A DNA stretch of 64,000 nt from Sminthopsis crassicaudata (Eukaryota): positions 193,223,198 through 193,287,197 of the forward strand of contig NC_133622.1 in assembly GCF_048593235.1 (NCBI RefSeq), given 5' to 3'. Below, piece by piece: positions 1 through 11,532 of this stretch. The notes under the pieces were generated by a model. That model ran no database searches and was not told the DNA's origin. It saw only the letters and a list, made by a program, of their open reading frames with translations. Every line of letters begins with the position of its first letter. Position 1 is the stretch's first letter. A program made the translations under genes and the position numbers.

Positions 1-2232
1 GGCCGGGCTGTACAGGCCGTGTATGAGGATGTGGAAGGAGGCCCTCGGAAGGTGGTGGTCACCCATTGGTTGGCTGATTCATCTTTTTCCCTTCCTTCAA
101 TCCGCCACATTATTGACTCGGGACTGGAGCTTAGAAATGTAAGAGGGTTTCTGCCTTTGAGGGTGGAAGTGGAAAGGCTGGCTGGGCTGGAAATAGTAGA
201 TCCTGATCTGTCTGGGCCCTGGGGGGGATAGGTTTACAATCCTCAGATCCGGGCTGAATCCCAAGTGATGAGGCCCATCAGCAAAAGCCAAGCAGAAGCC
301 AGGAGGCTGAGGACCAAAGGCCCCCCACTAGGTAAGAAGCTCATTTGTTCCAACTGATATCCAAGATGTCCATCCCAGATGAGCAGAAAAAAAATTGACA
401 AAGATACTCTCCCTCAGAATCCTTCCTTTTCTCCCTTCAGGATCCTGCCTCCGCCTGTATCCTGAATCTTTTTTGGAGTTAAGAGCTCCCTCAGTTCCTT
501 CGCCTCGGGTGTGTGAGGAGAATCTAAGCCGACTAGTGCTACTGTTAAAGAGGCGACACATCGCGGAGCCAGGAGAGTGTCACTTTCTAGACCGGCCGGG
601 TGAGACACCTACCAACCCATGAGCAAGTGAGAGGCTGGACTGGGCCCGTTTCTGACATACTCTCTGTCCTCCCCAGCCCCAGAGGCCCTAATGCAGGCGC
701 TAGAAGACCTGGACTATCTGGCTGCTTTGGATGATGATGGTGACCTGTCAGACCTAGGAGTCATTCTTTCTGAACTGCCCCTGCCCCCTGAGTTAGCCAA
801 AGCCCTGCTGGCTGCCTGCGAATTTGACTGTGTGGATGAGATGCTGACCCTAGCAGCCATGCTCACCAGTAAGAACACACTCCAGTTCAGCCTAACTCAG
901 ACATTCCATCTTTACAGCTTAGCTCCGAGGAACATGACGATTCTGCCTGCTCCACCTCACTAATGTTCTTCTGTTCTCTCCTCCCCCACCCCACTCCAGC
1001 TGCCCCTGGCTTTGAGGGCCCCCCGAAGTGTGCAGAGGAGGCTGCCCGACGACGAGCACTGGAACACCCAGATGGTGACCACAGCACCCTGATTCAGGTG
1101 TATGAAGCCTTTATACAGAGTGAGTGAGTGCCTTTCTCCCTCTTTTATACCTAGAAGTTCATGCAGGATTTTCCCAGAGTGTCCTGGAGATGGAAAATAG
1201 TATGGGTAGAGCTAGTGGAGCTGGGGACTGGTGACAATGCCTGGTAAGGGAACGGAGGTCTAGGGTGGGCTAGGGGGCATCTGCAATGGCTAATTCCCAT
1301 TTCTCATAGGTGGGGAGGATGAGAATTGGTGTCAGGCTCGGGGTCTGAGCTGGGCTGCACTACGCCAGGCCCAGGCATTTCGGGGAGAGCTCCTGGAACT
1401 GATGCGTCGAATTGAACTTCCCCTGTCTCCACCAGCATTTGGCTCTGAACAGAATCGAAAAAATCTTCAGAGAGCACTGGTGTCGGGGTACTTCCTCAAG
1501 GTGTGGTTGTGGGGGTGCTGAAGCTGAGAATGCTAGTGTTGGGAGGGCTGCCTCAGAGTAGGTCAGGAAGGGATTTCTGAGGGTCAGGAGGTGTGTACTG
1601 GGGGTCTCACCAGAGCTAAGGCAGGAAGGCCATACTGCAAGGAGCAATTAAACCCTTCAAATTAGCTCCATCTCCCAACTCCTTATTGCCGTCTCCGATT
1701 ATTCTCCTTCTCCTTATACCCTTTGGTCTCCTTCATTCAGGTGGCTCGAGACACAGATGGGGCTGGCAATTACCTGCTCCTGACACACAAGCACGTGGCT
1801 CACCTGTCCCCCTCCTGCTGCTACACAAATCGCCGACCCCCCGCCCAGCCGCCTCCATGGGTGCTTTACCACAACTTTTCCATCTCCCAAGACAACTGCC
1901 TCTCTATTGTGTCTGAGATCGAGCCTCACATGTGAGTGCCCTCATGCCCTTTTTTCTCCCCTGGGAATTGAGAGCATCTTTTGGGAAGGAGTGAGTGCCT
2001 TCAAAGAAGAATGGAATAGACAATGGCTGGTGGGCAACAGCAGATAAGCGCCTTTCCCTCTCCTAGGCTGGTGGAGCTGGCTCCCCCCTACTTCCTGAGT
2101 AACCTGCCTCCCAGTGAGAGCCGAGACCTGCTGAATCAGCTGAGAGAAGAGATGAATGGAGTCTTCTCAGGGAATGAACCTCCCAGCCAGGACCTCAGCC
2201 TGGATGACAAGGATGCTTGTGCCTTGCAGTGA
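1..2232 (+). CDS. DQX1: DEAQ-box RNA-dependent ATPase 1, 3' portion (5' exons lie outside the window)
   Basis: Exons 1-138, 232-331, 441-599, 677-868, 1000-1119, 1310-1500, 1741-1931, 2067-2232. All GT-AG and phase-consistent. Translation [10 protein letters not shown]...[11 protein letters not shown]...[24 protein letters not shown]...[27 protein letters not shown]...CALQ* matches recalled DQX1 HA2/OB-fold C-terminus. Confidence 0.96.
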
Positions 2233-2650
2233 TCTCTGCCTGAGGACCCCTCAAGAGGAGCCACAAGCGGCAGCATCCCCTTCCCGCCCCAGGGCCTGGC
2301 CACAGATTTTAGGAGCCCCGGGGACAGGGTGTGGGTGTGCAAGGAATACAGGGTAAGGACTGCAATGGGGTTCACACAAGGGATTCTAGCAGGGGAGGGC
2401 CAGAAAGACCAGGAGGGTGCCCTCCTTCCCTCCCCCCTCCCTCACCATAAAAGCCTTTGCTCTGCCTTGATTTTTCTGGATTTCTTAGAGGCATCATGTA
2501 CTGTGGACACAAGGAGTTCATGATCCTGGGCTTGGGGGCAGGGTGGTGACAACTGGGTGTCCAAGTGGATGGAGGGACAGCCTGCAGTCAGCAAGACTCA
2601 ACTTCAAATCCTGCAGCATACACCACTTGGATATCCTTGAAGGCAAATCA

Positions 2651-2842
2651 NNNNNNNNNNNNNNNNNNNNNNNNNNNNNNNNNNNNNNNNNNNNNNNNNN
2701 NNNNNNNNNNNNNNNNNNNNNNNNNNNNNNNNNNNNNNNNNNNNNNNNNNNNNNNNNNNNNNNNNNNNNNNNNNNNNNNNNNNNNNNNNNNNNNNNNNNN
2801 NNNNNNNNNNNNNNNNNNNNNNNNNNNNNNNNNNNNNNNNNN
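2651..2842. other. Assembly gap (192 N)
   Basis: Run of N characters; ORF-track entries spanning it are artefacts. Confidence 1.
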
Positions 2843-4059
2843 CATTCTTCCTTATCCTTTTAGCCCACCTTCCAAAGGATCCCCTGAGCTGATGCTCAAA
2901 ACTGATGGGATGATTTGCTCACAGCTATCTTTGGCCTTCCAGGAAAATCAGTGCATTACATTTTGAGATAGGCTACATTCAGCCACCCCAAGCTCCTTTC
3001 CCTTTTCCCCAAATTCTCCTGAGGTTCTGCTTGGGGACATTGTAGTTTCCTCCTCCCAGACCCACAGTTTTTCTCTTTGAGCCATCCCAATTCCACACCC
3101 CCTTCACCAGCCAAGAGAAGGACGCTAACCTTTGCTTTAGGTACCTCACTATCACCATCCTCACAAGCTGAGAGCTGGAAGGATTTCAGAGACATGATGT
3201 CCTCTTCTGGACACCTTGGTCTCCTTTCCCGAGTCCTCCCAAAGACTCTTCTTAGTCTCTCCATCCCAGTGGACTCCTTTCTTGCATTTTTAAATTGCCA
3301 TTTGTATTTGAAGTCTAGATCTAAAACTATCCCTAATTATTCTGTTTGCCTGGAACTCTTTACAAGACATTCATTTTTTTTTCCCCCAACTACACTCCTC
3401 CCTTTATTGTTCTCCCAGCTGCACAAGCATCAATTTATCTTTGATAAATCTATTGGCTCTTTCCTTTGTCCTCTTATTTTCAGTCTGGCAATAAATGCTG
3501 TAAATTTGAATTCGGAAAAATCCCCCAGCTAGCCCTTCTCAAATCCACAAGCCCACTCCTCTTTTATCATTTTGTGTCTCCCTACTTCTGTCAAGTTTGA
3601 CATTTATAAAGCACTTAGCAAAGTGCATAGCAGGTGCTATATAAATGTTAGCTGCTATTATTATTCTCTTATTAATCCATCTTGCAGGGGCTGCAGATTC
3701 CAAAAACTCCACTTCCTCAATATTCTGACTGTGAAATTCACAATGAATGACTTTCCTTTTGGCTGGTTTCAAGTTTTCCTCAGTAATTTTTTCAGTGACA
3801 TACATACCCCTTTATCTGATTAGACTTGATACTGGCATACCCCCTTGTTTGCCCATCCTTAATTAGCGCTGCGTCTTTGGGTACTCCGTCTCTGACTCCA
3901 CCCTCCTTATTGACCCTTTCCTCATACTAGGTAGTGGGAACTCCCTATGCACATGCTTCTGAATAGTCAAGTCCTCCCCTACAATGACCCCCCCTAAGAA
4001 AACCCCTAATTGGTCATTCCCCAACGGCACCCACTCAAACGCACTCCTCGTGATCACGT

Positions 4060-4440
4060 GCTCACACGCTAACGGTCACTAACACAGAGACACCCCCAAG
4101 TCCTAAGGGTCGCGTGCTCTCCACACTGCGCCCCCTCTCCTAACCGTCAGGATTATGGTCACACGAGGCTCCCGCCCCACCCCCACAATCCCTCTTCCTG
4201 CAGAGATACCCGCTGCCTCCACTCCCTTAAAGTGAGCCTGGCACTGGAGCCAGATGCGGTAGCGGGTTCTCCAAAGCGCAGGCCGACCGACTCGGGCAAG
4301 CCACCCGGTTGTCCTAAACTTCGCCCCTCGCTGGCTGTCATTGGCTAATTTTTACCAGTCAGTCCCACCCCCTGATTTCATTGGTTAGTTACGCTCGGCT
4401 CAGCTGGTCCAACGAGGTCCCTCCCGCTTCAGGTAGAAAA
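4060..4440. promoter_or_regulatory. Orphan CpG-rich, CCAAT-containing promoter-like element
   Basis: Local CpG enrichment; two ATTGG (minus-strand CCAAT) near 4340 and 4380; GGGGCGGG GC box on the minus strand near 4172; TCACGTG E-box near 4054. No known gene starts here. Confidence 0.4.
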
Positions 4441-4476
4441 GGTGAAGAAGGGCAGAAAAGGCAGCAGAAACCTCGT

Positions 4477-4561
4477 GCTGAGCTGAGCTGGATTGGACCG
4501 GACCGGACCGGACCGGACCGGGCTGGGCCGGGCTGATCTGGACTGGGCTAGGCTGGACTGG
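4477..4561. repeat. Degenerate pentamer array (GCTGA/GCTGG/ACCGG/ACTGG), about 17 units
   Basis: gctga gctga gctgg attgg accgg accgg accgg accgg accgg gctgg gccgg gctga tctgg actgg gctag gctgg actgg. Confidence 0.9.
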
Positions 4562-4799
4562 GAGGCGCGGACACTTAGGGAAGTCTGAATCCTTCTCCCG
4601 CAATCTTTTAGCAATGTGAGTCCTTGGACCCACGATCGGAGCGAGCCCCAACAGGGCAGGGTAGAGAACCAGGAACAGGGAAGGAAGAAGATAGGGTAGA
4701 GAAGGAATCTTTCTCCTTTTAGGCAGCCGAGCCCTCCTTAACGGAGCTGGGGAACGAATCTGCCTAAGTCCACAGAACTCGCTTTCACTTCACTGGCTT

Positions 4800-4805
4800 T
4801 TTATT
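4800..4805 (-). terminator. Candidate TLX2 polyadenylation signal AATAAA
   Basis: TTTATT on +, about 650 nt downstream of the TLX2 stop. Confidence 0.7.
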
Positions 4806-5451
4806 CCCCGAAGTAATCAATTAGGGAAAGAGGAAAGGGGAAAGGGAGCAGCTGGGGAAGGCATGATGTGGCCAGTTCCCCGGCCTGCTCCCCACTGTCC
4901 AGCCCCAAGTATCCATGGCCTGTGAACTTGACGTCCCCTCCCCTCATATCGTAAGCTCAGTGAAGGCAGGGAGCGGGAGTCCTGCTTCGTCAGAACCTGG
5001 GACTTAGCAGCCTCCAAGAAGGAGGGGACAAGGAAAGAGGCGTCTGGTCAGTGGTGGAGGGGGTTGTGGCAGGTGGAAGAGGAACAGGGGTGGGTATAGA
5101 AAGGTTGAGCACAGGGGCCTCTCCCAGCAGGAGTATCTAGCTAGGGTGTGTTGGTCCCTCCATGCATGGACAATTGGTGACCAAGAACCGACTGGCTCTG
5201 TAAAAGCGGGTATAGGTGACAAGCCAACTCTGCAAAACGTCCAACCAGGTCCAGGTGAGAGTGGCAAGTCAGCCCCCTTTGTGCAGGAGGGAGGTGTCTG
5301 GTATGTAGACAAGACGAGGTATCCCGTCCAAGTGGGCATCTGGTGCAGAAGGCACGCGTCCAGTCTGTGGAGAGGTTCTGGGGAGGCAGTGTTTGGCCTA
5401 GTCCTGGAGGGTGTGGAATTGTATCTCCCAGGTTCGGAACCAGGGTCCCCC

Positions 5452-8067
5452 TCACACAACGGAGGCGAGACCAGACACGGATGCCACCTTGTTGTCCTCA
5501 GCCCAGGGTTGCAGATTCTGCAGCGCGAACAGTGAGGAGTTGTGGAGACACAGAGGGTCGGGCGGCAGCGGCGGCCGCAGTGGCCTGGGCAGAGCGTCCT
5601 GCTGGAGGTGCAGGAGCAGCCTCCCTGCGCGGTGCCTCTCGGCCTCCCGCTCTTCGGCAGTTTGCCTCCTGCATCCGGAGTTAGCAGATTGGGTCAGAGG
5701 TACCGCCCCTCCCGTCCTCGTCCCCCACTAATCCAGAGCCCAACGATTGCCACTGCGGGCAAGCAGAACCTGCAGACGCCCTGGGAAACTCTGACCTGCC
5801 TACTTCTCTCCTCCCCGGAATCCCTCCTCTCCCCCTCCCAGCCGCGTGCCCCCTGCTTCCCTACCGAGGCTATCCCGTCCCTCCCTTACCGCCATTTGGT
5901 CCGCCGGTTCTGGAACCACGTCTTGACCTGCGCGTCCGTCATGCGCAAGGCCTTGGCTAGCGCCGCTCTCTCGGCCGAGGCCAGGTACTTCTGGCGCAGG
6001 AAACGCCGCTCGAGCTCGAGCACCTGCGCCCGGGAGAAAGACGTGCGCGGCTTCTTTCGCTTAGGAGGAGTCCTGTTCTGGTAAGGGTGGCCCACGCGGC
6101 GGGCCCCAGAGAACGGGGACAGCGCGGCTGGGGGAGGGGAAGACAAGAGTGTTCCAGCCACGCCAGCGCCGGTGGCTGCCCTGAGCCGAGCCCCAGCAGT
6201 GGGTGCGCTGGACTGTTCGACCCTTCTTGACCTTTTGCGGGCTCGGGGGTACTCAGATCGGACACCCAAGTCTCCTTACCTCACTAACCCAACCCAGATA
6301 CTGTACCGGCTCAGAATCGTGTAACCGGTACCGCTGGGTTCCCCACTCCTCTCTTCCCCCTCCTCCTCCCCCCCCCCCCCGCCCCGTCCCCACAAACACT
6401 CTCTGGATGCTGAGGCTGCCCTTTCTCCAGAGGAGCATTCTTGGACTGAAGGAGATGAGTCCCAGAGGCCGGGAAAGGAGACAAACGAAAAACGTGGGAA
6501 TCCACTGCTCCTCCCCAGGACCACGTTCTGACCCGTAGGCCAGTTCCCAGACGGAACTGAGTACGGTGAGAGTCAGATTACACCAAGCTCCCATATGCCC
6601 ATAGCCCCCGGCAGTTAGAGGTACTTTAGAGCTCCAGACTGGACACACTCCCTGAGATTTCCTCTTTGTCGATGTGTATATTCCTATAGCTGCCTTCAAA
6701 CGATTCTGTTTTCTAGAGTATTTTTGGATTCCTTCTCATCTTGACCCTGGTTCTTAAAAAGCTTAAGCTTCAGGTCCTGAGGTTAGGGAACAGTGAAGTC
6801 AGGTTTAGTGCGAATTAAGGAGGGGGTAGACAATTAATGGAGACGCCCAACAGGAATGATAATCTGGAGATGGAGATGTCGGGCTAAAAGGACTGTGGTC
6901 AGTAGTGCTGAGGAGAACTAATGTTTGTGGGGGAAGAAAAGATATCTTTAGATATATCCTAAAATGAGGTGTCCAGAAAATGTCGGAGAGTTAAATTTGG
7001 GAGGGGAAAAAGTAGATCAAGAATGGGGTGAATGGGAAAAGTCGTTTAGGGGGAGTTTTAGGATTAGATGAAGTGGAGTGGGCATTCAGGAATGAAAATC
7101 GAATGATCAAATTGGGCGAAAGAATTGCTCACGAATGTCTTGGGAAATGGGAGTCTTTAGTATTGGAGAATTAGGAGAAAAGAATTTTAAAGAAATACCT
7201 ATCTTGAGAAGCGCGGTTTTCATCGGTTGCCCTGGATGTGGGGATAACAAGTGTTTGTCCCCAGGAGTGAATCACTCCGGAGCCTAAGAATACTAATGGG
7301 GGGAGGGGAGGGGAGATAAAGGATTCCCCAAGGAAATCCTGGAATTGGGCAAAGATGGGGAGGCAGCGGCTTTATATATAAAAGTGGAATCAGGAAACTG
7401 GAGGCTTGGAAGTGTTTGGGAAGGCCAGTTTTACATTGTGAGGATTTTGCGGGGCTAAGGGTAGGAGGAATAGCACTTTGCAGTGGCGGTTCTTGAGGCA
7501 GTCCGGGGATTAGTGAGGAAGGTAGAAATGGGAAATTGAGGTTGGAATGCTAAAGAGTTTCAGAGTGTCTAGCGGTAGAGATGATGAACCGGAAAGGAAG
7601 GAATCTTGAGTGAAATAGGATGGGGATGAAGGTGAAAGCCTGCCCCACCCCACCCCCTCACCTGTGAGCCGGTCCTTGGCAAAACGGCGGCCGCTGTCCA
7701 TCCAAGGGAAGGTAAGGCCCGATAGGCCGCCTCCAGCGCCTAGGCCGGGGGTGCCCGGGGCTGCGGCCGGGCCCCCGGTGGGGGGCGGCACGGGGAGGGG
7801 CCGGTGGGCGGGGACGCGGATGACGCCCCCGGCGGACCCCCCGCCGTGACTCCCCGGAAGAGAAGCCAGTGAGCACGAGGGTCCGTAGCCGGAGGGCCCC
7901 GCGTATCCGCCGGTATACAGAGCACCCTCTGTCTGCCCCACGCGGCCGGGACCTGGGCCAAGGCAGCCACTGCCGGGGGGCTCGGGGCCGCTGAGGATCT
8001 GGTCGATGCCGAAGCTGATGGGTTCATGGTGCTGGAGGGTCTGCGGTGCCAGTCCGACCGAATCCAT
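5452..8067 (-). CDS. TLX2: T-cell leukemia homeobox 2 (HOX11L1/NCX), 286 aa
   Basis: Exons 8067-7662, 6127-5890, 5668-5452 (861 nt). eh1-like [13 protein letters not shown]; homeodomain [59 protein letters not shown]; C-terminus [21 protein letters not shown]. Start context GCCATGG. Confidence 0.98.
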
Positions 8068-9750
8068 GGCGAAAGGACCTGCCGGGACTAGGTCGTGCGG
8101 AGGAGGTGAGGAAGAGTTCTCGGGGGCTGCAGTTATGGGGCGGGCGCTCAGGGGCCCGCGGGCTCCGGGAGCATCTTCTCTAGACGCTGCCCGGGTCCGG
8201 ACTTGTGCCTGTTGACCTGCGGCCCAGAGGGGCCGCCATCTCCTGTCGGGACTGGGAGTGCGGCAACTCCCGGACCCGCAGCCCGGGGGCCCTGGCCCCG
8301 GACTTGGCCGGCGTCCGGACTCCGGGGCTCGAGACCGATGGACGCTCCGATAGACGGACCCTGGGCTGCGGCTGCCCAAGTCCGGGGTGGATCGGGTTGG
8401 CCAGCTCTGGAGAAGACTGACAGCTGGGCCCCCGGGGGCGGGGCGGGGCCGGCCCGACTCGTTAAAGGGAAAGAGCCGCCTGTTTGCGCCGAGGTGTGTG
8501 GGGCGTAGAGCGAGTGGGGCAGCCGACGCCGAGCCTTGGGCGGGGGGGGGGGGGTGAGGTCTGCTGAGGTGGGGGCGAGCTCCGAGCTTAGCTTGGGACC
8601 GCGCCCCGCGGGCAGGAAGGGAGGGAAGGGTCAAAGGGTGGAGAGAAGGGAAGACCTCTCCCGCACAACCTCGCCTCAGCAGCAGGTGCCTTGAGGTTGC
8701 CCGGCTTGGAGGTGTTGCCAGGCTGGCCCTCCTAGCCCGAGGCCTCGGATTCGAAAGAGGGCCCGAGCTGGGCAGAACCTCTTAGCGACTCCAGATTCGT
8801 TTAGGTTCCGGGGCCACCTAGTTTCGAGCGAGGATCTCGTTGTGCCCGCCCAGGCACTGGTATGACCGGAGGCCTCCGCAGAAGGAGGGACAGCTAAGGG
8901 TGGCCTAGACCCTGAGGATCGACCGGGTGCCCCGGGGTGGGGACCAAGTTGGGCGCGGCTTAGGGGGAAGCCGGCAGGGCCAGATAGTCAGCACAGATCA
9001 GGGAAGCCCCAGCACAAGCGAATGGGGTGGGGCCGGAGAAGCGAGCCAGGGTCTGGGCTGCACTTGCTGACTTCGTTCGAGGAGACCCCGAAGTGCACTG
9101 CTTGGGGTCGCTCGGGGTCCAGTTCCCCCCATTTCTAGGGATTTCGATTTCTTGAGATCAGACCAAAGGTGCTTCTAGCGCTTGTCAATTGTTGGCAGCC
9201 CGCGGAATCCTCGGCGATCGGAGGAGAATCCCTCCCTTCAGGGGCTCGTTTCTTAGCCATTCCAACTGCATTATTCCCGGGGCCCCTTTCCTCTGCCTTC
9301 TCGGGCTTTGGGAAAGGGAGCCGGAACTGTCCGGCCTGGGGCCTGTCCGTGGCGCGCAGTTACTGCAGCCAGCGGCTCCTCCAGTCTTTAGTCTTTAGCG
9401 AGTCCGTTGATAATTAGCTCTAGTCCATCCTCGGCCCTCGTCGTAGGGAATCGGTGGTTACACTGGAAAACGGGGATTTAGGAGGTTCGGACCTTGGCAT
9501 CGGCGGGATGGAGGATCTGGGAAGTAGTTGGCTCTGCATGCCTGCCCCTCCTTCCCCAGGATGGGACCCCCAGCCCTGCCTCCGCCCTCACCCCCCCGGA
9601 CCCGCCCCCGCCGCCGCCCGGCCCCGCGCAGGCTGTGGTAATCGGGTTAGCGGCGCCGGAATTACATTACCTTCCCCAGCCCGGCCCGGCCCCGGGGGGG
9701 CCTGGCGCCTTGGTGCCGGTCAGACATGGAGCGGGGAGGGGGTGCAGCTC
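7660..9750. promoter_or_regulatory. CpG island over TLX2 exon 1, promoter and upstream region
   Basis: Very high GC and CpG density, GC boxes, G-runs. Confidence 0.8.
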
Positions 9751-11384
9751 CATCTCCCCACGGACCCCTGTCCTCTCCCAAGGGCCTTCTCCCCCATCCT
9801 TTTAACTCCTGGCCTCAGGCTACTTGCCTTCCCCAGAAGGGCTGGACGTGGTCCCTGTCCCCGTTCCCCATCCTCCCGCCTAGCCGGGGATAGGCACTGG
9901 ATCCCCTGGATTCCGAGCCCCCGTTTTCCAGAGGGATTTGGTTCCATCCCGGTGGCACCGAGTGGGCACTCGGGAAGCCTGGTGGTCGGGGGTGGAGAAG
10001 AGATTGACTGATTAGTTCATGGCAACCCTGCCCTCCCTCCCTCCTCCCTCACTAGCAGATGGGCCAGCAGCCGGGGCGCCTGGGGCTGAGCACAGGGCAG
10101 AGGCTTCTCTCCCCGAGCCATCAGCTCTTTTCGGCGTCTGGTAAGGAAAAAGCCTTGGGATGAGAGTTCTGAAGTCCTGGGTGTCCGCCCCACCCCGATT
10201 GTTGCCATAGTCGGGAATAACAGTTTCCATCTCTAGAGAAGTGTTTTTCCCTGCCACACTGAGAGCCGGAAACTTGAGCTTTTACTGGGAAGGTCGCTTG
10301 GCCTCGGAAGTGACTGGGAAGTGACTGGCTTGGGCCAAGTTCTGGTAGGATCATAGGATTTAAAATTAGACAGATCCAACCGCCTAATTTTACAAATAAG
10401 GAAAACGGGGTAAATGGCTATTGCAGGGTCCCACAACTAGCGTCAGGAGGTAGGATTCAACCCCAAAGTCCTCCGGCTATATCACAATGCCTCTCCATTC
10501 AGCTGTTCTTAGGAAAGCGGAAGGGACTGAATCGTGTGTTTACTGGGAAAATAACCCTGTTTGTAGAGCCCATAATTCTCCCTTTGGGAGAGAAGTAAAG
10601 GAGCAAGAGTTGATTGACTATCCCAGAACAAGATAAGTGATGACAACAGGATATCTGATATCAATATTTCCTTTCCATTGAGCCATTCCTTCTATAATAA
10701 TCTAACCCCTCTTTTCTCCTCGTCCCTTCTGCCTTTTAAACTTCCAACTACCAGAAAATGCCCTAGATTATTCTTGCCTTCCTGACTTCCTGGGAAGGGA
10801 GGTTGTCTCACAAGTGATCCCCAACTCTTATTTCACCAAGGATGGGCATGAAGTGCAATTGACTGACTGGGAGTATAGAAGATCAACCAAAAGACAGGGA
10901 GAAATGAGAGAGCAGGCATGGGGAAAAGGGTGGAATGAGGAACTATGTGTAACAAACCAAGCGGAACTGTCCCTATACATTCATGCTGATCCACTTATAT
11001 ATGATCCTCTGGCTGAGTAATTTTTCACCTCTTTGAACCTCTTACTGAATTCCCCACAGGATTATGCCCTACTACTTATGCCCACAATCCCCACATGTAC
11101 CCCTTTACTAAGTGAATGACCTCATCTACATCCCAGAGAAGATGGAGATCATTCAGCATGAGCTGTGATTATTTTGTCTCCCTGAGCTCTTGTCTTTGTC
11201 TCAAAATTCCACTTTCATCCCTCTGTTTATTTTGTCTTAGAAATAGTAGTACCTCTCTGTCAGGGCATACCTGTGCTTTAATTTACACTTTTTATCTTTA
11301 AGCTTGTTCTCATATTTCCTGCCTTAACAATTTAAATTTCTCTGTTACCCTCTTCCCTAATTTTCTTTCTCTCTCCCTCCTCAC

Positions 11385-11532
11385 TTTTTTTTTTTTTTCT
11401 GAGACAATTGGGGTTAAATGACTTGCCTAGGTCACACAGCTGGGAAGTTTTAGATGTCTGAGGTCAGATTTGAACTCTTATCTTCCTGACTTCAGGGCTT
11501 GTGCTCTAACCACTGTGCAACCTAGCTGCCTC
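11385..11532 (-). mobile_element. tRNA-derived SINE (marsupial WSINE/Mar-type)
   Basis: Minus strand reads GAGGCAGCTAGGTTGCACAGTGGTTAGAGCAC...GAGTTCAAATCTGACCTCAGAC (A/B boxes) and ends in a polyA tail (polyT on +). Confidence 0.85.

Noticed and set aside
8068-8634. TLX2 reading frame stays open 189 codons upstream of the ATG (374-aa ORF in the track)
   Set aside because: It starts at TTG in very GC-rich DNA where stops are scarce, probably extends past the TSS, and the true ATG has a strong Kozak context.
11385-11532. tRNA-like A/B boxes (also at 34979-35142)
   Set aside because: These are SINE heads followed by a SINE body and polyA tail; no cloverleaf, so not tRNA genes.
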